In this document: positions 19,803-29,271 of the stretch, piece by piece | Position numbering within the stretch: the stretch's first letter is position 1 | Layout: each line of letters starts with the position of its first letter | Assembly: GCA_025061115.1 (NCBI GenBank) | Contig: JANZKC010000001.1 | Location: 384,001-448,000 of the forward strand | Origin: Candidatus Culexmicrobium cathedralense | GTDB taxonomy: Archaea > Thermoproteota > Methanomethylicia > Culexarchaeales > Culexmicrobiaceae | Direction of reading: 5' to 3' | DNA: 64,000 nucleotides | Made by a program: the position numbers and the translations under genes | Notes under the pieces: model-generated | Database searches by the model: none | The model's input: the letters and a program-made list of their open reading frames with translations, nothing else | What the model was told of the DNA's origin: nothing

Positions 19803-20960
19803 CTTATCAACTCGCTTCACGGGCATGAATATTGCTAAGAGACACGTAAGTGAATATGCACCAAAAATAAATGTCATAAGTTGATCGTATCCAAATAAAT
19901 CTACAACTACACCTCCAATAGCAGAGCCAATCGAAGCACCTAAAAAGCCAGTCGTATTGCCGATCCCTAAAGACAACCCCTTAATGCTTTCAGGAGAAGA
20001 CTCAACTGTATAGGTGATTATCGGTGCAGCTCCACCAGCACTTATAAAGCCAAAGAAAATGGCCGGTAAAACAACATGCGCGGGAGGAGAAACATGAAGC
20101 ATAAATATTGAAGCCAAAGTTAAACTAGTTATCAATACCATAGCCTTCTTACAGCCAATTCTATCCGTTAGAAAGCCGCCGAAAATCTGACCAGCAAATC
20201 CAGCCAAAGAGGATATAGACACCATCAAAGCTGCATCATCAATGCTGAGACCTTTACTTGACATGAAATACGATGGGAGAAAAGTGGCCAAGCCCATAGA
20301 ACCCATCATTAAAATTGCAGGAATCAAATATGCAAATAACAATGCTCCAAAATTATCCCTAATTAATTTAAATGAATAAGATGACGCACTACCCCTAAAT
20401 GGTTCAGAAACAAAGAGATGGAAAGCCAGAGCCAATATGAATCCCGGAATAGCACATACAATGAAGGCAGCTCTCCAGCCATAAGCAATTGCAATTTGAA
20501 CACCTATCAACGGTGCTACCGCCGACCCCAACCTTGAACCCGACATGAAAAAGCCGACGGCCCTACCTCTAAATTTCGGCTCAAAAGCGTCCGATAACAT
20601 CGATATCATTGGAGAGTAATAAGCTCCAGCAGCTAAGCCAAACAATGCCCTTGCCAGAACAAGTTGATTGTAATTGAGCACAAGAGCTGAAAGAAGCGTA
20701 GCGAGAGAAGAGAAGGCTATGCAAATTGAAATCATGGATTTCCTACTGACCTTATCAGTTAAAAGGCCAGCTGGAACCTGCATTAAAGCGTAGGTTGCGA
20801 AAAAAGCGGACATAAGCACTCCAGCCTCAAATCCACTCAACCTCAATTCTTCAACTATTAATAGAAGAAGGGGAGGAATCATCATCCTTAAAATGTAACT
20901 TAAGGTCCACCCAGCAAATCCCATGCCAAGCAGCACGAAGCCCCTGCGCGTAGCTGCCAC
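19794..20960 (-). CDS. MFS transporter
   Basis: About 12 TM helices, GLLTDKVSRK and GFLTDRIG loops, RGRAVG. Confidence 0.9.
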   Translation of the reverse strand: MAATRRGFVLLGMGFAGWTLSYILRMMIPPLLLLIVEELRLSGFEAGVLMSAFFATYALMQVPAGLLTDKVSRKSMISICIAFSSLATLLSALVLNYNQLVLARALFGLAAGAYYSPMISMLSDAFEPKFRGRAVGFFMSGSRLGSAVAPLIGVQIAIAYGWRAAFIVCAIPGFILALAFHLFVSEPFRGSASSYSFKLIRDNFGALLFAYLIPAILMMGSMGLATFLPSYFMSSKGLSIDDAALMVSISSLAGFAGQIFGGFLTDRIGCKKAMVLITSLTLASIFMLHVSPPAHVVLPAIFFGFISAGGAAPIITYTVESSPESIKGLSLGIGNTTGFLGASIGSAIGGVVVDLFGYDQLMTFIFGAYSLTCLLAIFMPVKRVDKLN

Positions 20961-21083
20961 CCCTCAAGTTCAATGAGCCATTGAATAAACTAAGTTAAAA
21001 TTAGGCGAAATAAGCGTTTGGAAGAATATTACTAATAAAGGAGAAGAAAATGAGTAAGCTACTCGATTTACAACTAATTGACT

Positions 21084-22001
21084 CTACAACCCACTTTTTA
21101 TCAAGTTTACTGCTTCCGTAGTGTAAAGCTTATACTTTCCAAGCTTTCCACCATAATTTGCAGCAGTAATCTTCTTGACGCCTTTAACTGAGGCAGCTGC
21201 TAAAATAGCTACACCCATAGCTCTAAGCACTCTCTTAACGTCAAGGCCGTTGATAACTATTTCATATACAGAGTTCACGTCGGGTGGAACCTTGCTGTCT
21301 GCAACTTTATCCTTAAGAGTTGGACAGTAGTAGTGATTCGTTGTTGCTATAAGCTTAAGATACTTTAATGAGCCAACTTTCGACCCGGACCTCACAATCC
21401 CCCCTGGGAAGGGCATTATAACTCCCTTAACATTACTTCTAACTGCTTCAACAGCCTTTTCAGCAGCTTCTAAAGCAGCGCTTTGATTCTCAGCTAAAAT
21501 CAGCAGATTTCCCCCTGCTACAGCCTTGACAACGCCAATTTTATCTTCAATTAGAAACTCCCCTTCCATTACGGGTATTCGCCACATGGTTTTCCCATAA
21601 ATTTCATCTTTCACTTCAAATCCATCACCGAACTTCGATAGAGGGCCGCCAACAGTCATGAAGCGCTTGGCTTTTGGCAGTCCATTGAAAACCGCTGTAG
21701 TTGGGCAAGTTAGCACACATTGACCAATTCTGCTCAGCACTTGAAACTTCAGCTTAGGTATGGATCTATGATATATTTGAATTAGCGCGCCGGGCCTACC
21801 ATCAGGGGTTTCATCTGGCGGCACTAGCCCTTCAACTCCTGCTTCTGCAGGCGCGGCAATAATTGAAGTTGCAAATCCCGTTGCCACTTGAGCTGCAGTT
21901 AAAGCCCACTTTTCATTTACAGCTGTAATAAGTATCCTTGTAGCATACATTGGAAAAGCTTCAGCAAAAGTCTCTACCACTTCAACGCCATTTACTTCCA
22001 C
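21084..22001 (-). CDS. ftr: Formylmethanofuran:H4MPT formyltransferase
   Basis: ETFAEAF, TGFATSII, TPDGRPG, RIGQCVLTCPTT, PFPGGIVRSGSK, NYGGKLG. Confidence 0.95.
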   Translation of the reverse strand: MEVNGVEVVETFAEAFPMYATRILITAVNEKWALTAAQVATGFATSIIAAPAEAGVEGLVPPDETPDGRPGALIQIYHRSIPKLKFQVLSRIGQCVLTCPTTAVFNGLPKAKRFMTVGGPLSKFGDGFEVKDEIYGKTMWRIPVMEGEFLIEDKIGVVKAVAGGNLLILAENQSAALEAAEKAVEAVRSNVKGVIMPFPGGIVRSGSKVGSLKYLKLIATTNHYYCPTLKDKVADSKVPPDVNSVYEIVINGLDVKRVLRAMGVAILAAASVKGVKKITAANYGGKLGKYKLYTTEAVNLIKSGL

Positions 22002-22068
22002 AAAACCACCTCCAAGTGCGATATAAATTCAAAACGCATTCATATTTATACGCTGCACTTTGTACGGA

Positions 22069-22097
22069 AATGAATTTACTTAAAGCTTAAATTCATT
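22069..22097. promoter_or_regulatory. Perfect 10-bp inverted repeat (putative operator) in the divergent ftr/mtd promoter
   Basis: AATGAATTTA-N9-TAAATTCATT surrounding a TATA-like TTAAAG. Confidence 0.4.
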
Positions 22098-22130
22098 CTA
22101 CAGATATAAAAGATGCCGTTGGTGTTTGAC

Positions 22131-22970
22131 ATGGAGAATAGAGTAGTGAAGACAAGCATTGTAAAAATTGGATGTATAGGATGCAGCCCGCAACTCGAGT
22201 ACCTACTTGATGAGCGAGCTGACAGAAAGGATATTGACGTTCGAGTTTTCAGGTCATGATCAAAGCTCGACGAGGAGAGAGCGACTGATGTGGCAAAAAG
22301 AGCACTGGAATTCGAACCTAACATAGTAATCATATCAACCCCAAATGCAGCTCTCCCTGGGCCAACCAAGGCTAGAGAACTCATTGCCAACAAAGGAATT
22401 CCTATAATAATCATAGCGGATGCTCCTACAAAGAAGATTGCTGACAAGCTAAAGGAGGGAGGATTCGGCTACATTATTGTAGAGGCAGATTCCATGCTAG
22501 GAGCTAGAAGAGAATTTCTAGACCCAGTTGAAATGGCAGTATATGATTCAGACTTAATTAAAGTTTTAGCTATAACCGGAGCATTCTCCATCATATATGA
22601 GGCAGTTGATAAGGTCATAATATCCATAAAGAAAGGCGAAAAGCCTGATCTCCCAACAATAATTGTTAATCGAAAAGTAGCTGCAGAGGCAGCTAAATTC
22701 AATAATCCATATGCAAAGGCAAAAGCGATGGCGGCATTCGAAATGTCAAAGCGAGTTGCAGATCTAACGACAAGAGCCTGCTTCGTAATTAAAGAATGGG
22801 AAGAGTACACCACACTATATGCAGCAGCTCACGAATTAATGAGGCATGCATCACGACTAGCAGATGAAACTAGAGAAATCGAAAAGTACGGAGACCACCT
22901 AGTCAGAAAGCCTCATTACAAGGATGGAAGAATAATGATGAAGTCAAAATTAATTGAAAAGCCGGTTAGG
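22131..22970 (+). pseudogene. mtd: F420-dependent methylene-H4MPT dehydrogenase with an in-frame TGA and a lost stop codon
   Basis: ATG at 22131: MENRVVKTSIVKIGCIGCSPQLEYLLDERADRKDIDVRVFRS*SKL. TGA at 22257-22259 sits where Mtd has GSGAK. Followed by PNAALPGP, DSMLGARREFLDPVEMA, FNNPYAKAKA, RKPH; reads through into fwdDB. Confidence 0.85.
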
Positions 22971-22988
22971 ATGGAGGAGGTAAAAAAC

Positions 22989-24737
22989 ATGAGTTGCAGC
23001 AAAATCGAAGTAACCTTAATAACAGGCAGAAGCATTGACCAGGGAGTTGCACTGGATAAAGGTAAACTGACAAACGAATACTATGAGAAAGTCGCCATAA
23101 TTGAGCTAGACGCAGAAGACCTAGCTAAGCTAGGAATCTTAGAAGGCTCAAACGTCGAGGTAACCACGAAGTTCGGCATCGTAGTCGTCAAAGCTGTAAA
23201 ATCGAGGTTTAAACATCCGGGAATAGCATTCATGCCCATGAGTCCATGGGCAAATCTAGTCATAGACTCAAGCACATATGGATCTGGAATGCCAACCTTT
23301 AAGGGCATCTTAGCAGAAGTGAGATCTACGGATAAAAAGCCACTATCCCCAAGTGAATTAATAAGTCATGTCCATGGCGTAAAAGTTCCCAATGTAGAAA
23401 TAAGTGAATTTAAAGTTCAAAAATCAGGTGAAGAAAAAGTTTACACATCAGTTATATGTAGCTTCTGCGGCTGCCTATGCGATGACCTAGAAGTCAAAGT
23501 TAAGGACGGAAGAATAATTGAAGTTAAGCGAGCGTGCCCACTTGGAAGATCTAAGATACTCCATTACCTGGAAAACAGAGTCTTGAAACCAATGATAAAA
23601 GTTGATGGAAAATTTGCGGAGACAAGCCTTGAACATGCAATAAGGAAAGCAGCTGAAATACTCGTAAATGCATCATATCCGCTCCTATACGGATGGAGCT
23701 CAACTTCAACTGAAGCCATCAGAATAGGAGTAGAGCTAGCTGAACTGCTAGGCGCAGCATTCGACAACACAAGCGTCATGTGCCACGGCCCAACAATACT
23801 GGGAGTTCAAGAAGCTGGAACCGTAGCGGCAACTCTAGGACAAATAAGAAACTACGCAGACTTAATTATCTACTGGGGCTGCAATCCATTCCATGCACAT
23901 CCAAAACACCCAGCAAGGTATAGCGCGATGGCCAAAGGAGTATACGTGAAAACGCGCAAAGAAAGGAAGGTTGTAGTTGTCGATGTGAGAGAAACACCAA
24001 CAGCCAAAGTAGCAGACATATTCATCAAAGTTAAGCCGGGAGGAGATTACGAGCTAATTAAAGCGCTTAGAATGGCAGTAAATGACTTAGATATTGAAGC
24101 CGAAGAAGTCTCAGGAGTTCCCACTGACAAGATATATGAGCTCGCAGACATGATGAGGTCAGCTAAGTTCGGAGCACTATTCTTTGGTCTTGGAGTGACA
24201 ATGACTAGAGGTAAAGGCAGAAACATAGAGGAAGTAATAAAGCTAGTTCAGGAGCTAAACAGCTGGACAAAGTTCGTCCTGCTTCCAATGAGGGGGCACT
24301 ACAACGTTGTAGGTGCAAACATGGCAACACTATGGGCAACTGGATTCCCCTACGCCGTAGACTTTAGCAGAGGATATCCAAGGCACAACCCCGGAGTAAC
24401 CTCAGCTTCAGATCTATTATTAAATGGAGATGTAGATGCAGCATTAATAGTTGCCTCCGACCCAGTAGCTCACTTCCCAGCTCAAGCAGTTAAAAACCTA
24501 ACTAAAATACCAGTCATAACTGTAGATCCAAAATGGAATTTGACAAGCCTAATATCACAAGTCGTAATACCATCAGCAATCGTAGGAATAGAATGCGAAG
24601 GATCAGCCTACAGGATGGACAAAGTCGTGTTAAGATTAAAGAAGCTCGTGGAACCCCCGCCAGGAGTTCTGAGCGATGAAGAAATCCTGAAAATGCTGCT
24701 CCATGAAGTTAAAAAGCTTAAGGGGGTTGAGGCATGA
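22989..24737 (+). CDS. fwdB: Formylmethanofuran dehydrogenase fused subunits D+B
   Basis: Own RBS GGAGGAGG before ATG 22989. FwdD part (TGRSIDQG, MSPWAN, GMPTFKG), then FwdB (CSFCGCLCDD, YGWSSTS, SVMCHGP, RGHYNV). Confidence 0.88.
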   Translation: MSCSKIEVTLITGRSIDQGVALDKGKLTNEYYEKVAIIELDAEDLAKLGILEGSNVEVTTKFGIVVVKAVKSRFKHPGIAFMPMSPWANLVIDSSTYGSGMPTFKGILAEVRSTDKKPLSPSELISHVHGVKVPNVEISEFKVQKSGEEKVYTSVICSFCGCLCDDLEVKVKDGRIIEVKRACPLGRSKILHYLENRVLKPMIKVDGKFAETSLEHAIRKAAEILVNASYPLLYGWSSTSTEAIRIGVELAELLGAAFDNTSVMCHGPTILGVQEAGTVAATLGQIRNYADLIIYWGCNPFHAHPKHPARYSAMAKGVYVKTRKERKVVVVDVRETPTAKVADIFIKVKPGGDYELIKALRMAVNDLDIEAEEVSGVPTDKIYELADMMRSAKFGALFFGLGVTMTRGKGRNIEEVIKLVQELNSWTKFVLLPMRGHYNVVGANMATLWATGFPYAVDFSRGYPRHNPGVTSASDLLLNGDVDAALIVASDPVAHFPAQAVKNLTKIPVITVDPKWNLTSLISQVVIPSAIVGIECEGSAYRMDKVVLRLKKLVEPPPGVLSDEEILKMLLHEVKKLKGVEA

Positions 24738-26446
24738 AACATCAAATACTAATTAAAAATGGGTACGTTTACGACCCAATCAATAAAATTAATGGAGAAA
24801 AAATGGACTTAGCCATTAAGAATGGCAAAATAGTCCCAGCAAATGAAATTGACGAATCCAAAGCAAAAATAATAGATGCTTCCGGCAAAGTAGTCATGCC
24901 AGGCGGAATAGACCTGCACACGCACATTGCAGGACCAAAAGTAAACCTTGGAAGGCTCATGCGCCCCGAAGACCACTACAACAGCATTGTAAAGCTAATA
25001 CCAGGAATTAGAAGATCGGGCACGGGATTAACCACACCTTCAACAACAGTAACAGGCTACAAGTACGCTAAGATGGGTTGGACCACAGTTATCGACCCAG
25101 CATCACCTCCACTCAAGAATAGGCACACCCACGAAGAACTGGACGATACGCCAATACTCGATAAGGCAGTATTCATATTAATGGACTCAAACTGGATTGT
25201 CCTAAGCTACTTAGAAAAAGGCGAAATTGAAAAATGCGCAGCATTTGTTGCATGGCTCCTCAAAGCAACTAAAGGCTATGCAATTAAAATCGTGGATCCG
25301 GGAGTAGCTATACCATGGAGCAGAGGCAAAGGATATGGGCTTGACTTGGACGATCAAATACCGCCATTCAACCTAACCCCAAGAGAAATAATTAGAGGAC
25401 TATGCAAAGTCAATAAAATGTTAAAGCTCCCCCATCCAATTCACGTACACTGCAACAGGCTTGGAATTCCAGGAAACTACCACACCACACTTAATACTAT
25501 GAAGGCAGTTTCAGACCTCGCCAATGAAGAAGTAAACATCCACATAACCCACGTGCAATTCAACAGCTATGGAGGAGTTGGATGGGCAAACCTGAAGAGC
25601 AAAGCAGAGGAAATCGCAAAATACGTCAACTCAACTAGCCACGCCAGTCTAGACATGGGCCAAATAATATTCGGAGAAGCAACTACGATGACAGCCGACG
25701 CCCCCTTCGAATACGCACTATACCACACGACAAAGTGGAAGTGGGGTGGAGCGGAAGTAGAAGCTGAAGCAGCGGCAGGAATAGTTCCATTCACCTATAA
25801 GAGAAGAAACTACGTAAATGCAATTCAATGGTGCATAGGACTTGAAGTAGCACTCTTAGTAGAAGATCCATGGAAAGTGGTTCTAACGACAGACCACCCA
25901 AATGGAGGACCCTTCACGAGCTACCCCCAAGTAATTGCTTGGTTAATGAGCAAAAAAGCAAGAGAAAAAGTCATCAACAAACTGAATAAAAGAGCATTAA
26001 GAGAAGTAGTTTTACCATCAATAGATAAGGAATACGGTCTATACGAGATAGCAGTAATAACCAGGGCAGGCCCAGCAAAGCTGCTAGGCCTAGAAAGCAT
26101 TAAAGGACATCTAGGCCCAGGAGCAGATGCAGACATAGCAATCTACGACCTGAATCCAGACGAAATGGACTTCTCAGAAAACTATGAAGCAATAGAGAGG
26201 GCATTTAGCAGCGCAGCATACACCATCAAAGGCGGAGAGATAGTAGTGAAGGAAGGAGAACTCGTAAAGTACAATTACGGAAAGACGTATTATGTGGAAG
26301 CAAAAGTCGAAAATGCACTACTAAATGAAGTCATGGAAGAAGTTAAGAAGAAATTCCAAGATTGGTACACAGTCAGCTTCGAAAACTACGAAATTAAAGA
26401 TCATGAAATTAGGCATCTAAAACCAATAAAAGTTGGAGGTACATAA
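24734..26446 (+). CDS. fwdA: Formylmethanofuran dehydrogenase subunit A
   Basis: GGIDLHTHIAG, HVHCNRLG, HITHVQF, LTTDHPNGGPF. Confidence 0.95.
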   Translation: MKHQILIKNGYVYDPINKINGEKMDLAIKNGKIVPANEIDESKAKIIDASGKVVMPGGIDLHTHIAGPKVNLGRLMRPEDHYNSIVKLIPGIRRSGTGLTTPSTTVTGYKYAKMGWTTVIDPASPPLKNRHTHEELDDTPILDKAVFILMDSNWIVLSYLEKGEIEKCAAFVAWLLKATKGYAIKIVDPGVAIPWSRGKGYGLDLDDQIPPFNLTPREIIRGLCKVNKMLKLPHPIHVHCNRLGIPGNYHTTLNTMKAVSDLANEEVNIHITHVQFNSYGGVGWANLKSKAEEIAKYVNSTSHASLDMGQIIFGEATTMTADAPFEYALYHTTKWKWGGAEVEAEAAAGIVPFTYKRRNYVNAIQWCIGLEVALLVEDPWKVVLTTDHPNGGPFTSYPQVIAWLMSKKAREKVINKLNKRALREVVLPSIDKEYGLYEIAVITRAGPAKLLGLESIKGHLGPGADADIAIYDLNPDEMDFSENYEAIERAFSSAAYTIKGGEIVVKEGELVKYNYGKTYYVEAKVENALLNEVMEEVKKKFQDWYTVSFENYEIKDHEIRHLKPIKVGGT

Positions 26447-26447
26447 T

Positions 26448-27317
26448 ATGGATAAAATGTATGAAATAATTCTAAAACCAAAAAAGGAGTTTCATGTGCC
26501 AGTTGAAGTAGAAGTCATTAGCCCAGACAAGCTAGCCGGAAAGTCAATCAGCGAAATAAAAAACGAAATAGTCTACGAAGGAAATAGAATGAAGAGGCTT
26601 GAAGAACTTTTTGAAGTAACTGGAGAAGTGGGAGAAGCTCCCGACAAAATAAGAATCATAATTGAAAATAGTAGCAAAAAGCTTTGGAGAATAGGAGAAG
26701 GAATGACAGCCGGAGAAATTATCGTCAAAGGAAATGCAGGAAATTACCTCGGGAAAAACATGGCAGGAGGAAAAATAACAGTCCACGGAAATACAGGCTC
26801 ATGGATAGGAGCCGAAATGATAGATGGCACCATTGAAATCCACGGAAACGCAGGAAATTACGTTGGAGCCAGATTCAGAGGTGAAACGCAAAAGAAGGGA
26901 ATGAAGGGAGGCAAAATAATAATCCACGGAAAAGCAGGAGTTGAAGTAGGCTATGGAATGTTGAAAGGAGCCATAATAATAGACGGCAACTGCCTAGAAT
27001 TTCCAGGAATAAAAATGAAAGGAGGAAGCATACTAATAAAAGGAAATTGCCCAGGAAGAGCTGGAGCAGAAATGACTGGAGGCAAAATAGTAATTTGCGG
27101 ACGAGTAGAATCAATACTACCCTCATTCTACATTGAAAGCATCGAGAAAGCCGCAAAAGTTAAAGGAATAAAGGTTGAAGGGCCATTCTACATGTTCCTA
27201 GGAGACTACCTAGCAAGCAGAAGACCATATGGAAGATTATACGTGTCAATATCCAATAACCCTCACCTAAAGAATTATGCTAAATTGATAGAGGAGGGAG
27301 GTGAGCAAAATGATTAG
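26448..27317 (+). CDS. fwdC: Formylmethanofuran dehydrogenase subunit C
   Basis: GXGXXM.GG beta-helix repeats; ATG 26448 after GGAGG. Confidence 0.93.
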   Translation: MDKMYEIILKPKKEFHVPVEVEVISPDKLAGKSISEIKNEIVYEGNRMKRLEELFEVTGEVGEAPDKIRIIIENSSKKLWRIGEGMTAGEIIVKGNAGNYLGKNMAGGKITVHGNTGSWIGAEMIDGTIEIHGNAGNYVGARFRGETQKKGMKGGKIIIHGKAGVEVGYGMLKGAIIIDGNCLEFPGIKMKGGSILIKGNCPGRAGAEMTGGKIVICGRVESILPSFYIESIEKAAKVKGIKVEGPFYMFLGDYLASRRPYGRLYVSISNNPHLKNYAKLIEEGGEQND

Positions 27318-28177
27318 CGCCAATAAGAAAGCCCTTAAAATAGTTGACGAAATTCCTCGCAGGAGTATATGCATCAAAAGTCTGTCTCGGCGGACTAGCT
27401 GAAGTAAACCTATCCCACAACAATTATGGAGAAATGCTGCTACCAGTCGTGAATGTCTACACAGATCATCCAGTAATAGCCTGCATGGCATCACAATACG
27501 CAGGATGGAGAATAAGCGTTGGAAAATACTTTGCAATGGGCTCCGGTCCAGCCAGAGCACTATCCAAAAAGCCCAAAAGCCTATATCAGGAACTGGGATA
27601 CGAAGATACTTCGGATGAAGAGTGATTGTCCTGGAGTCATCAAAGCTCCCACCAGACGAAGCCATAAGCTTAATAGCTGAAAAGTGCAACGTAAAGCCTC
27701 AAGATCTATACATCCTAGTAACGCCTACAAATAGTATTGCAGGATCAGCGCAAATAAGCGCTAGAATAGTTGAAACTGGAATACACAAACTTCACGAACT
27801 AAAATTCAAAATAAAGAGCATAATAAGCGGGTCGGGCATCTGCCCAATAGCTCCAGTGCACCCAGATCCAACAAAATGATGGATAGAACAAACGACATGA
27901 TACTATATGGAGGAGAAACAACATACCTAGTAGACTTCGAAGATGAAGAAGAGCTAAAACAAATAGTGAAAAAGTGCCCTCATCAACTTCAAGAGATTAT
28001 GGAAGGCCATTCTACGAAATATTCAAGAGCTATAACTTTGACTTCTATCAGGTTGACCCAGGACTATTTGCACCAGCAACAATTACGGTAACAAATAGAA
28101 GAACAGGATCAACATACAGAAGCGGCTACATCAACAATGAAGTGCCCAGGAAGTCAGTCAAATTTGAAATTCTTTAA
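27310..28177 (+). pseudogene. mch: Methenyl-H4MPT cyclohydrolase, internal deletion plus several frameshifts
   Basis: [15 protein letters not shown] jumps to [63 protein letters not shown] and DPGLFAPA lie in different frames. Confidence 0.9.
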
Positions 28178-28184
28178 ACATAGT

Positions 28185-29244
28185 ATGAGGAAAATCAGAG
28201 ATAGAGACTTCATTGAAAGCAAAAAAGGGATGCTATTCTGCGTAGTCGGTAATGTACATCCAAAAGACAGAGCAATATCCTACTTAAAATACATTCCATG
28301 GAAAGAAGAAAACGCAGCAAGATTAGGCTGGAAAAGAGAGGAACAAGAATATTACCATATTACGGAGCGCCATGAGTACTAAAAGTTAAAGGATACTTAA
28401 AAAGCCACTACCCAGATTACGTGTACTTCGATCCCCACCTAAACATAGAAATCATAGGAGTACCGCTGGAACGCATAAAGAAACACTACAAGCCGGAGGA
28501 GAGAGTTATAGAAATACTGGAAATGCCTCGAGACAGTTTCGAAGTAATGGTTGCGGAAATGATTCAAGAAATATCCAGCACAAGCAGAATATCAACAAAC
28601 CATTTTGGCGTTACAGGGTCAATTCTGGTTAAAATACATAATCCAAGCTTCTCCGATATAGACCTAACAGTATATGGATATGAAAATGCACTAAAAGCTA
28701 AGCACGCACTAATCGAGCTACTTAAAAGCAGCAAAAACTTTAGGCGACTAAACAAAGATGAAATAGAAAAGTACGCCAAAGAAATATCGAGAATACACGC
28801 TTTAAACTTCACAGAAGCATCAATGCTATTTAAGGAAAGATGGTATGCAGGCATTTTAAAAACAAGTTCTTCTCACTTCATCCAGTTAAAACTGAAGGCG
28901 AAGTACATGAAGAATACGAATCAAGAATCTACAAGCCTAAGGGGCTAATCCTAATAAAATGCACCGTAAGCGACGCAAAAGACGCAATTTTCCTACCATC
29001 CAAATACATCGTCAATGAAGTTGAAATAATAGAAGGACCGAAAGTAAACGATATAAGAGAAGTAGTTAGCTTTGAGGGACTATTCTGCGACATTGCATCA
29101 GCAGGAGAGAAGATTTACGTTAAAGGTAAACTAGAAGAAGTTATAGATTTGAGCAGCGGCGATAAATATCACAGAGTTCAGGTAGGCTCATTTGAAGCTA
29201 AGGGGCAAGACCACATTAAGCCTAGCAGATGGCTTAAAATGTAA
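28185..29244 (+). pseudogene. Archaeal nucleotidyltransferase-domain protein (COG1665-like), disrupted
   Basis: RDRDFIES..FCVVGNVHP..YLKY; frameshift near 28346; in-frame TGA at 28373; GVTGSILV..SDIDLTVYG NTase motif; frameshift near 28853. Confidence 0.75.
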
Positions 29245-29271
29245 GTTCTCAAATGAATAGTTGATAGCAAT

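Noticed and set aside
22257-22259. In-frame TGA in mtd as selenocysteine or recoding
   Set aside because: It aligns to a conserved Gly, not Cys; FwdB here uses Cys; neighbouring genes are also decaying, and TGA is a normal stop elsewhere in the window.
22290-24737. Genuine Mtd-FwdD-FwdB triple fusion
   Set aside because: The Mtd N-terminus is cut off by a stop, and fwdDB has its own strong RBS and ATG at 22989.
26650-27100. Repetitive GGA-rich sequence
   Set aside because: Explained by the FwdC beta-helix protein repeats; not a DNA repeat or CRISPR.
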